Part shown: positions 55,133 to 62,700 of the stretch, piece by piece
How positions within the stretch are numbered: position 1 is the first letter of the stretch
Layout of the letters: each line of letters begins with the position of its first letter
Assembly: GCA_937935355.1 (NCBI GenBank)
Contig: CALGYR010000006.1
Span: 5,608-69,607 of the forward strand
DNA length: 64,000 nt
Source: an uncultured bacterium
GTDB lineage: Bacteria; Planctomycetota; SZUA-567; JAKLDR01
Direction of reading: 5' to 3'
Notes under the pieces: model-generated
Databases searched by the model: none
What the model was told of the DNA's origin: nothing
Seen by the model: only the letters and a program-made list of their open reading frames with translations
Translations under genes and position numbers: made by a program

Positions 55133-56038
55133 TCAGGACACGCCTTCCGCTGCCGGATCCTTGTCCGGAGCGGATGGCGGGGCGGTGGTCTTGGGAAGCT
55201 GGCGCTGTCCGCCGCGCGTCGGGTCCCAGGTGAGCCCCTGCGGCTCGGACTTGTCGGGCTCGGTCAGCCGCAGACAGACCCCCCAGCCGCCGGCGAACTG
55301 GGCCACCTTGACGAGGATGTCGTTCCATCCCGGCTCCAGGGTCACCTCCACGGCGTCCTGATCGGGAGTGACCCCGCGGGCGGTCGGGTTGGTATGGACG
55401 ACCTTGCCGTTGACGCGCACCTGGACGTGGTCGTCGCTGCCCAGCAGCAGGCGCAGCCTTCTCGGTTCGTCGCCGTCGACCCGCACCGAGGCCAGCGTGT
55501 AGGCCACCGCATATTCGCGGTGTCCGAAGACCGCGTCGAAGTCCACGGCCCCGCGCGCCCCCGGCTTGAATGGGCGGACCCAGCGGGCCTCGGCGTCCGA
55601 GGCCTTGTAGGCGGCCTCGACGCGGACCTCGCCGTCCGGAGGCAGAGCGAGGTCCAACGGCTTGACTTCCTTCCGGTCGAACGGAAAAGGACCGCAGAAG
55701 AAGAGGTCCTTGATAAGCCGGCGTTCGCCGATTTCCCTGCGGGCATTGGCCCGGACGGCGTCGACCAGGGCGGATGCGCGCGTGGCGACCTCGACGTCCT
55801 TGCTCTTGAGCGCCGCCTCCACCAGGGGCAGTGCGGCCTCCCCCATGGTGGCCAGCTCCTTGCTGGCGGCATCGCGCTTGTGCCAGTCGTCATCCCCCAG
55901 TTGAGCCACCAGGAGGCGGGCGCGGGCCGCGTCCGGGTCCCCGGCGACGCCTTCGCCGACGGACTCGGCGGCGCCGCCCGCCCCGGCCAGAAGCAGTGTG
56001 AAGATCGCTGCGCCCAGGGTCACGGACGGTCTCTGCAC
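55133..56038 (-). CDS. Secreted protein with HEAT-like N-terminus and beta-sandwich C-terminal domain
   Basis: GTG 56038 after GAGGGGG; signal peptide 'VTLGAAIFTLLLAGAGGAAES'. 'WHKRDAASKELATMGEAALPLVEAALKSKDVEVATRA' HEAT-like. C-terminal 'LRLLLGSDDHVQVRVNGKVV...GWNDILVKVAQFAGGWGVCLRL' jelly-roll-like. Confidence 0.55.
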   Translation of the reverse strand: MQRPSVTLGAAIFTLLLAGAGGAAESVGEGVAGDPDAARARLLVAQLGDDDWHKRDAASKELATMGEAALPLVEAALKSKDVEVATRASALVDAVRANARREIGERRLIKDLFFCGPFPFDRKEVKPLDLALPPDGEVRVEAAYKASDAEARWVRPFKPGARGAVDFDAVFGHREYAVAYTLASVRVDGDEPRRLRLLLGSDDHVQVRVNGKVVHTNPTARGVTPDQDAVEVTLEPGWNDILVKVAQFAGGWGVCLRLTEPDKSEPQGLTWDPTRGGQRQLPKTTAPPSAPDKDPAAEGVS

Positions 56039-56158
56039 GGAGCACCCCCTCTGATGGGGATACACCACCGCGAAGTCAGCGGGCGCGATCAAATGCCCGG
56101 CTCCCGGGGACTGCGTCAAAGCTCGGGTCCGGTTGCGCTGCCTGTCGCGGATGCTGCG

Positions 56159-57010
56159 CTAGCGGACCGCCCTGGCGCCGGCCGCGAGCCGTTGCCGGAC
56201 CCCGGCGCTCTCGAACACCGCCAATACCGGGAGGTGGTCGGAGGCCCCGGCCTTCACGACTGCCGCGCGGCAGCAGAAAAGTTCCGGCGAATAGAGGACG
56301 TGGTCGAGGCGGTCCTCGAAGGTCCAGAAGCGCGTGGGCCAGCGCCAGGTGTCGCTCTTGGGATCGAACTCCCTGAGCGCGTCGGTGAAGCCCCGCCCGA
56401 CCAGCCATTCCACGGCCGAACCGCCGTCGCTCTCGTTGAAGTCGCCGAGGACAAGCGTTGGCTTGCCCGGCTCGAGCAGCCCGTTGAGGAACTTGATCTC
56501 CTCGAGTCGCCGGCCGGACGCGGCGAAGTACGCGCCGATGCTCACGCCGCCCGTGTCGCTCAACGAGGGCCTCAGGTGGACGGAGAGCACCTGGATCTCG
56601 CCGGCCGGGGTTCCGACGGCGAGCACCCAACCGAAGAACCAGCCGGCCGGCGGAGTGGCCCGGGCCACCTCCCTGACCGGCCAGCGCGAGAAGACGGCCA
56701 TGCCGCCGGCGCCGCGCCCATGCCGGAAGAGCGCGTGCGGATAGCGCGCCGCCAGGAGCGGCCGGAGATATCCCTCCCACGCCGGGGTGGTCTCCTGCAG
56801 GCAGATCACGTCCGCTCCGGATTCGAGGATCGCCCGGGCGGACAGGTCGGCGCGATAGCCACCCCAGTTGATGTTGAAGGTCATGGCCGTGAAGCTCGGC
56901 CCGACCGGCGCGACCGGCTCCCGCGGTCGGGTGCAGGAGGAGCAAAGCACCGCCGCAACCAGGGCCAAGCCGCCGGGAACCAGCCTGCGCATAGGCAGTC
57001 TCATGTCCAA
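56159..57010 (-). CDS. Endonuclease/exonuclease/phosphatase (EEP) family lipoprotein
   Basis: 'MTFNINWGGYRADLSARAILESGADVICLQET...QVLSVHL...LVLGDFNESD...SDHLPVLAVF' EEP catalytic motifs. Lipobox 'AAVLCSSC'. Confidence 0.8.
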   Translation of the reverse strand: MDMRLPMRRLVPGGLALVAAVLCSSCTRPREPVAPVGPSFTAMTFNINWGGYRADLSARAILESGADVICLQETTPAWEGYLRPLLAARYPHALFRHGRGAGGMAVFSRWPVREVARATPPAGWFFGWVLAVGTPAGEIQVLSVHLRPSLSDTGGVSIGAYFAASGRRLEEIKFLNGLLEPGKPTLVLGDFNESDGGSAVEWLVGRGFTDALREFDPKSDTWRWPTRFWTFEDRLDHVLYSPELFCCRAAVVKAGASDHLPVLAVFESAGVRQRLAAGARAVR

Positions 57011-57070
57011 TCGCCTCCGAAGCCGGGGGGATTATAGCCGCGCCGGCCGGGGCGCGAGGGGAAAACGGGA

Positions 57071-57164
57071 GGACGCGGGGACATGGGGACACGGTGACGC
57101 GGTGACACGGTGACACGGTGACACGGGGACGCGGTGACACGGGGACAGGGGGACGCGGAGACAG
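57071..57164. repeat. Tandem array of ~11 octamers GG(G/T)GAC(A/G)N
   Basis: ggggacat|ggggacac|ggtgacgc|ggtgacac|ggtgacac|ggtgacac|ggggacgc|ggtgacac|ggggacag|ggggacgc|ggagacag; the 8-bp period is incompatible with coding. Confidence 0.7.
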
Positions 57165-57398
57165 AAGAAAATACGAAATATCGTCGCGTGGTGGCGACTC
57201 CGCGCCAGCCCTCTTCTTTCCTCCCGGAAGAAGACACAGCCAAGAAGAGCCAACTGATGTACCAGCCACTCGGGAAATGAAAACCATCACGGCAGTCCCC
57301 TCACGGGGACTCATGATACGAGGGAGACAAGGGGACGGTGACAAGGAGATGCGGAGGATACCGGAAACAGGGACTCTGCCGGAAGGCTCTTGCCTCCT

Positions 57399-57550
57399 GT
57401 CCCCGCGTCTCCGCGTCTCCGCGTCCCCGCGTCCCCGCGTCCCCGTGTCCCCATGCCCCCTTGTCCCCTTGTCCCCGTGTCCCCGTGTCACCATGTCCCC
57501 GTGTCACCATGTCCCCGCGTCCCCCCGTCGCCGCGTAACCGCGTCATCCC
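57399..57550. repeat. Tandem array of ~19 octamers GTCCCCGY, the reverse complement of the 57071 array
   Basis: gtccccgc|gtctccgc|gtctccgc|gtccccgc|gtccccgc|gtccccgt|gtccccat|gccccctt|gtcccctt|gtccccgt|gtccccgt|gtcaccat|gtccccgt|gtcaccat|gtccccgc... The two arrays flank a 230-bp lower-GC segment containing the unit palindrome GTCCCCTCACGGGGAC (57297-57312). Confidence 0.7.
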
Positions 57551-57615
57551 GTAGAGACCGGCCGTCCTTGAACGCCTGGCCGGCGCGGCTATCCTCTCCG
57601 GCGAAGGAGACTGCC

Positions 57616-58602
57616 ATGATCCGCCTGGCGATAGTCGGCTGCGGCGTCCACTCGGAGTTCTGCCACGCCGTCCCTCTGGCCCGGTACGTTCGCGAGCATC
57701 CGGGCGAGGTCGAGCTGGCCGCAGCCTGCGACCTGGACCCGGCCAAGGCCGCCGAGTTTCAGATCAAGTACGGCTTCGCCCGCGCCTACTCCGAGATGCG
57801 TGCGATGCTCGCCGCCGAGAAGCCCGACGGCGTCGTCTGCGTGGTGCCGGTCGGGCTCATCTCCCGGGTCAACGCCGAGCTGCTCCGCGCCGGGGTGCCC
57901 TGCACGGTCGAGAAGCCGCCGGGCGCCACCCGAGAGCAGGTGCGAGAGCTCGCGCGCCTGGCTCGCGAGACGGGCACTCCGCACATGGTCTCGGTCAACC
58001 GGCGCTTCACCCCGCTCCTGGTCCGCGCGCTCGAATGGGCGCGCGCCCAGGGGCCGCTCCACTACGTGCGGGCCACCATGGTCCGCCACGCCCGGAGCGA
58101 GCCCGGTTTCATCTGGAGCACGGCCATCCACGGCGCCGATGCCCTGCGCTACATCGCCGGCGAGATGGAGGGATTCGGCCTGAGCGTCAGCGACACACCG
58201 GGGCTCTCTGCCAGGTGGTACGACGTCTCGCTGACCTTCGCCGGCGGCTGCCGCGGGCGGCTCGAGGTGCTGGTCACCGCGGGGATGGCCGAGGAGAGCT
58301 ACGACCTCTTCGGCGAGGGCTTTCGCGCGCGCCTGGCCGGCCCCATCCGCCAGGGCATGTTCCAGCCGGGGACCCGCCTGGAGTGCTGGCGCGACAACCG
58401 GCTGGAGGTCTCGGAGGAGGCCCCGGCCGACGCGCCGGTCGACGTGGTCGGCGGCCCCTACGGAGAGGTCGAGGAGTTCGTCTCCGCCCTGCGCGAGGGC
58501 CGCAGCCCGCGGCCCACGCTGGATGACGTCCTGCCTTCGGCCGAGCTGTGCTTCAGCCTGGCCGAGGCGGCTGGAGTCACGCCGGGAACCGGAGAAGACT
58601 GA
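57616..58602 (+). CDS. Gfo/Idh/MocA family oxidoreductase
   Basis: 'MIRLAIVGCGVHSEFCHAVPLARYV...GFARAYSEMRAMLAAEKPDGVVCVVP...VEKPPGATREQVREL' Rossmann NAD(P)-binding N-terminus and the conserved EKP motif. ATG 57616 after GAAGGAGA. The track's 166-aa extension through the octamer array is rejected. Confidence 0.85.
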   Translation: MIRLAIVGCGVHSEFCHAVPLARYVREHPGEVELAAACDLDPAKAAEFQIKYGFARAYSEMRAMLAAEKPDGVVCVVPVGLISRVNAELLRAGVPCTVEKPPGATREQVRELARLARETGTPHMVSVNRRFTPLLVRALEWARAQGPLHYVRATMVRHARSEPGFIWSTAIHGADALRYIAGEMEGFGLSVSDTPGLSARWYDVSLTFAGGCRGRLEVLVTAGMAEESYDLFGEGFRARLAGPIRQGMFQPGTRLECWRDNRLEVSEEAPADAPVDVVGGPYGEVEEFVSALREGRSPRPTLDDVLPSAELCFSLAEAAGVTPGTGED

Positions 58603-58705
58603 GCGACGGTCCGCCGGGGCCGGTTCCCGCAGGAAACGAGAGTCCCGGGCCGGCGCGCCGGCCCGGGACTCTTCCTTATCTCGTCAGCGGCGTTATCGAA
58701 GGTGC

Positions 58706-59440
58706 TTACTTGGGCTCGCCCCCGCCGACCTGGCCCCGGCGCTCGCCGCGGTGTTCCCGCACGGCGGCCATGACGGCCTTGAGGTCGGCGCGGAGACCGC
58801 CACGGTCGTCCTTCATCTCGTCGCGGTCGGCCTCGATGGCGTCCTTGTTGCCGGCCTCGATGTCCGCGATCAGCTTGGTCAGGTCGGCCTTGCGCTCCTT
58901 CATGTCGGCGACGAGCTTCTCGACGGCGGCCTTGACGTCGGCCGGCGCGTCCGGGTGCTCTGCCAGCCGGGCCTCGACCTTGGCGATGCGGGCGTCGACG
59001 AGCGCCAGGCGGTCCTTCAGGAGCTGGAGGACGGCTGCGCGCAGCGCGGTGCGGTCGCCCTCGATGGCATCCTTGTTGCCGGCCTTGAAGTCGGCGGCCA
59101 GCTTCTCGACGGCGGCCTGCTTGACCTTCAGGTCGGCCACAATCTTCTCGAGGGCGGCCTTGACGTCAGCGGGCATGTCGGTACGGTTGGCGATGAGCTG
59201 CTCGATGCGCTTGATGTGGTTCTCGATGTGCTGGCCGGGGTTGCCGTTGGCCAGCATCTGCCCGCGACCCTGGCCCTGCCCCTGGCGCTCGCCCAGCCTC
59301 TGGCCGAGAGCCTTGCCCGGGCGCCCCTGCTCGCCGGCCCCCGCGGTCACGCCCAGCGCCACCACCGCAACCGCCAGCCCCAGAGCCGAGATCAGCCGTA
59401 TCTTCAAGGTAGTCATCGCCCGTCCTCCTCGCCTTCGCAT
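58706..59440 (-). CDS. Secreted/periplasmic coiled-coil protein with internal tandem duplication
   Basis: Signal peptide 'MTTLKIRLISALGLAVAVVALG' (probable start 59416). Duplicated block 'PADVKAALEKIVADLKVKQAAVEKLAADFKAGNKDAIEGDRTALR' / 'PADVKAAVEKLVADMKERKADLTKLIADIEAGNKDAIEADRDEMK'. Confidence 0.55.
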   Translation of the reverse strand: MRRRGGRAMTTLKIRLISALGLAVAVVALGVTAGAGEQGRPGKALGQRLGERQGQGQGRGQMLANGNPGQHIENHIKRIEQLIANRTDMPADVKAALEKIVADLKVKQAAVEKLAADFKAGNKDAIEGDRTALRAAVLQLLKDRLALVDARIAKVEARLAEHPDAPADVKAAVEKLVADMKERKADLTKLIADIEAGNKDAIEADRDEMKDDRGGLRADLKAVMAAVREHRGERRGQVGGGEPK

Positions 59441-59824
59441 CCTTCTTCAGTGTGCCCCCTGCACGCTGCGCCCGGGGCTAAGCAACGGCGGGGCCAAAGA
59501 CGGGGTGGACGGCTGCCTGCGCTAAGGCGCCCAAATGCGCCACTTGTCAATACGCGGGCATCTTCCCGGGCGGCTCATGTCCTGATGTGGATTCCCACAC
59601 CAGCCGACGTTCGTCGGGGACAACAACGGTTTGGGGGGAAGCTATCAGCCGCGGATGAACGCCGACAAACGCGGACGGGCTCTTCACCGCAGAGGACGCT
59701 GAGGCGCGCAGAGGACGGCCATTGCCTGCATGAGCCGGAGCGCGGCGGAGTACGTTGCGTATTCGAAAGCCCCAGCCGCGAACCGGAGGACGCCTCCGCG
59801 CCCCCTCTGGTGGAATCCTCGTAT

Positions 59825-59853
59825 CCGTGTCCATCTGTGTCCATCTGTGGCTG
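59825..59853. repeat. CACAGATG decamer-repeat locus 4 (CCGTGTCCATCTGTGTCCATCTGTGGCTG) ~130 nt upstream of tyrS
   Basis: Reverse complement GCCACAGATGGACACAGATGGACAC; same motif family. Confidence 0.55.
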
Positions 59854-59981
59854 ATTGCGATGCGCCTGTTGCAGCCGGCGCCCTTGATTTTACCCGACCG
59901 CTGGCAAGAATCTCCCCGTCCGGAGCGACGCGGCTCCTCAGATCGAAACGCACGGGCGAGTCCGGGAAAGTCGAGGGTCAC

Positions 59982-61175
59982 TTGGAAACCGACGTCACGA
60001 AGCAGCTCGAGCTCATCCGCCGCGGGGCGGTCGAGATCCACACCGGGGCGGAGCTCGAAGCCAAGGTGAAGCGCGCGGTCAAGGAAAGCCGACCGCTGCG
60101 CGTCAAGCTCGGCCTCGACCCGACGAGCCCGGACATCCACCTCGGCCACACCGTGGTGCTCGCGAAGCTCCGGCAGTTCCAGGACCTCGGCCACCAGGCG
60201 GTGCTGATCATCGGCGACTACACCGCGATGGTCGGCGACCCCTCGGGCCAGAGCAAGACCCGCCCGCAGCTCACCCGCGAGCAGATCGAGGCCAACCTCC
60301 AGACCTACCTCGAGCAGGTCAAGGCCGTGCTCGACGTAGAGAAGCTCGAGATCCGCCGGAACGGCGAGTGGCTCGGCAAGATGGGCTTCGCCGACGTCTT
60401 GAAGCTCGCCGGGAGCTCGACCGTCGCGAGGATGCTCGAGCGCGACGACTTCTCGAAGCGCTACGCGGCCGGAGCGCCCATCGGCGTCCACGAACTCCTC
60501 TACCCCCTGATGCAGGCCAAGGACTCCGTCGAGGTCCGCGCCGACGTGGAGCTCGGCGGCACCGACCAGACCTTCAACCTGCTCGCCGGACGCGACCTGC
60601 AGCGCGACGCCGGACAGGAGCCGCAGGTGACGCTGTCCATGCCGCTCTTGGTCGGCCTCGACGGCGTCAAGAAGATGTCCAAGTCCCTCGGCAACTACGT
60701 GGGCATCCAGGACCCGCCCAACGAAAAGTTCGGCAAGCTCATGAGCCTGCCAGACGCGCTCATGAAGGACTACTTCACGCTGCTCACGGCGCTGCCCGAG
60801 GCCGAGATCGCGAAGCTCCTGGCCGGCCACCCCAGAGAGGCCAAGGAGCGCCTGGGCGTCGAGATCGTGACGCGCTACCACGGCGCGGATGCCGCGCGCG
60901 CGGCGGCCGAGGAGTTCCGGAAGGTCTTCAGCCAGAAGCAGGCGCCGACGGAGATGCCCGAGCTGAAGCTCGCGGCGGTCAAAATCACCGTGCTCGACCT
61001 GATCATGCAGGCCGGCCACGCGACGAGCAAATCCGAGGCCCGGCGGCTCGTCGAGGGCGGCGGTGTGTCGCTCGACGGCCAGAAGCTCGCCGACTGGAAG
61101 GCCGAGGTGGAGCCCGCCGACGGGGCGGTGTTGCAGACGGGGAAGAGAAGGTTCGCCAAGATCCGGTGCGGATAG
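59982..61175 (+). CDS. tyrS: Tyrosyl-tRNA synthetase
   Basis: 'LGLDPTSPDIHLGHTVVL' (HIGH), 'KMSKSLGN' (KMSKS), C-terminal S4-like 'KSEARRLVEGGGVSLDGQKL'. Start placed at TTG 59982 after GAGGGT. The 84-aa upstream extension in the track has low GC3 and overlaps a repeat. Confidence 0.85.
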   Translation: METDVTKQLELIRRGAVEIHTGAELEAKVKRAVKESRPLRVKLGLDPTSPDIHLGHTVVLAKLRQFQDLGHQAVLIIGDYTAMVGDPSGQSKTRPQLTREQIEANLQTYLEQVKAVLDVEKLEIRRNGEWLGKMGFADVLKLAGSSTVARMLERDDFSKRYAAGAPIGVHELLYPLMQAKDSVEVRADVELGGTDQTFNLLAGRDLQRDAGQEPQVTLSMPLLVGLDGVKKMSKSLGNYVGIQDPPNEKFGKLMSLPDALMKDYFTLLTALPEAEIAKLLAGHPREAKERLGVEIVTRYHGADAARAAAEEFRKVFSQKQAPTEMPELKLAAVKITVLDLIMQAGHATSKSEARRLVEGGGVSLDGQKLADWKAEVEPADGAVLQTGKRRFAKIRCG

Positions 61176-61306
61176 AACGCTCACGGGAATTGCCGCAAAG
61201 AAGCGCGCAATTTCATGCCAGGCCGACTCTCGATTTGGATGACCGCGGATATCTGCTCGGCAGTATAGAGCCTTGTCTGCCACGTCTCCTCGGTCATGAC
61301 CACCGA

Positions 61307-62440
61307 CTACCGAGCCAAGCACCCGACCTCCTCCAGCAGCGCCGGCAGCGGGAGGACTTCCACCTTCGGGTGAACCCGGTAGCGTTCCTGGCCCGGATAG
61401 GCGATCCAGGCCCGTTCGAGCTTCAGGTCCTCCAGTGCTATGTGCAATGACTTGGTCATCTGCGGGGCGTCGGCGTACTTGAACTCGACCCCGTAGCGTT
61501 TTCCGGCGAGGAACAACAGAAGGTCCAGTTCGGCCCCGGCGTGGGTGCCCCAGTAGAAAGCCTCGCCGGACCCGGCCCCGGCCAGCGCCAGCACCTGCTC
61601 GATCGCGAAGCCCTCCCATGAGGCGCCGAGTTTGGGATGGGCCGCCAAGTCGTCCATCTTGCCAATGCCCAGCAGGGCGTGGAGCAGCCCGCTGTCCCGC
61701 ACGTAGACCTTCGGCGCACGGTACTGCCGCTTGGAGATGTTCTCGAACCAGGGCTGGAGCTGCCGGAGCACGAAGGCGCCGCTGAGCAGGTCCAGGTAGC
61801 CGCGCACGCTCTTCTCGGCCACCCCCAGGCTCCTGGCCAGCTCCGCCCCGGACCATATCTGGCCGTGGTAGTGGGCAACCATCATCCAGAAGCGGCGGAG
61901 CACCTCGGAAGGGACGCCGATGCCCAGCTGGGGCAGGTCCCGCTCCAGAAAGGTGCGGACGAAGTTCCGTCGCCAGCGCAGGCTGGCGGCGTCGTTCGGC
62001 GCCAGAAAGGAGCGCGGAAACCCGCCACGCAGCCACAGCGAGCGCAGGCTCTCCGGCCCGGTCTCCTGGAGATCGAAGCCGCCCAAGTCGACGAAGCCCA
62101 CCCGCCCGGCCAGCGATTCGGAGGCGCCGCGCACCAACTGCGGCGAGGCGCTGCCCAGGATGAGGAACTTCGCGCGCTGTTCCGGACGGTCCACAACGGG
62201 CCTCAAGGCGGCGAAGAGGGCGGGCATGCGCTGGATCTCGTCGATGATCGCCAGCCCCTCCGGCTCGGAAAGCGTCAGCTCCGGATTGGCAAGCCGCGCG
62301 CGCGCCGAGGCCGTTTTCAAGTCGAAGAAGACCGCGGGCCTGCCCTCAGCCACCTGGCGGGCCAGCGTCGTCTTGCCGCACTGGGGGCTCTCGGGGTCGG
62401 ACCACGGCAACCATTTGGCACAACTGGACTTAGCTATCAC
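61307..62440 (-). CDS. DUF4143-type AAA+ ATPase (possibly N-terminally truncated)
   Basis: 'CGKTTLARQ' P-loop remnant only 22 aa from the GTG start (full-length family members have ~35 aa and a GxxxxGKT Walker A). 'LAIIDEIQRMP' Walker B. C-terminal DUF4143-like 'RAPKVYVRDSGLLHALLG'. Confidence 0.65.
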   Translation of the reverse strand: MIAKSSCAKWLPWSDPESPQCGKTTLARQVAEGRPAVFFDLKTASARARLANPELTLSEPEGLAIIDEIQRMPALFAALRPVVDRPEQRAKFLILGSASPQLVRGASESLAGRVGFVDLGGFDLQETGPESLRSLWLRGGFPRSFLAPNDAASLRWRRNFVRTFLERDLPQLGIGVPSEVLRRFWMMVAHYHGQIWSGAELARSLGVAEKSVRGYLDLLSGAFVLRQLQPWFENISKRQYRAPKVYVRDSGLLHALLGIGKMDDLAAHPKLGASWEGFAIEQVLALAGAGSGEAFYWGTHAGAELDLLLFLAGKRYGVEFKYADAPQMTKSLHIALEDLKLERAWIAYPGQERYRVHPKVEVLPLPALLEEVGCLAR

Positions 62441-62582
62441 TGGAGGCCGATTTTGACCTCTTACAGGCGCCTTTTCGGCCTCAAAAGCCCGCTGTAAGGC
62501 GTGGCCGGAAGCACTCCGGCCGTGGTTTCGCAGTCCAGCAACACCTCAACCTTGAGCTCCTGCATGCCGCCCGACCTTCGAA

Positions 62583-62625
62583 CCTCCTCGCATTTCTGTA
62601 CTCACGGTTCAGAAATGCAAGGAGG
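62583..62625. repeat. Strong hairpin (16-bp stem with one mismatch, 11-nt loop)
   Basis: CCTCCTCGCATTTCTG-tactcacggtt-CAGAAATGCAAGGAGG; between the dsRBD-protein gene and the DUF4143 gene; no downstream U-tract on either strand. Confidence 0.5.
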
Positions 62626-62700
62626 TGTTGACGGAGCCCTTTGAGATAAGCCGCTTCCTCTCGGCACATGGGGAACAGGCTCAGATCCTGGCCTCGGCCT

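Noticed and set aside
57071-57550. Possible CRISPR array
   Set aside because: Units are 8 bp with no unique spacers between them; these are simple tandem octamer repeats, not repeat-spacer architecture.
57118-57615. 166-aa N-terminal extension of the Gfo/Idh/MocA gene translating the octamer array as 'SPRPRV...SPCP' repeats
   Set aside because: 8-bp unit periodicity is incompatible with selection on a reading frame; the oxidoreductase has its own RBS and ATG at 57616.
59730-59981. 84-aa N-terminal extension of tyrS
   Set aside because: GC3 ~65%, contains the CACAGATG repeat, not conserved in TyrRS; start moved to TTG 59982.
61189-61216. Possible terminator after tyrS
   Set aside because: Stem is imperfect with an indel and there is no U-tract; weak.
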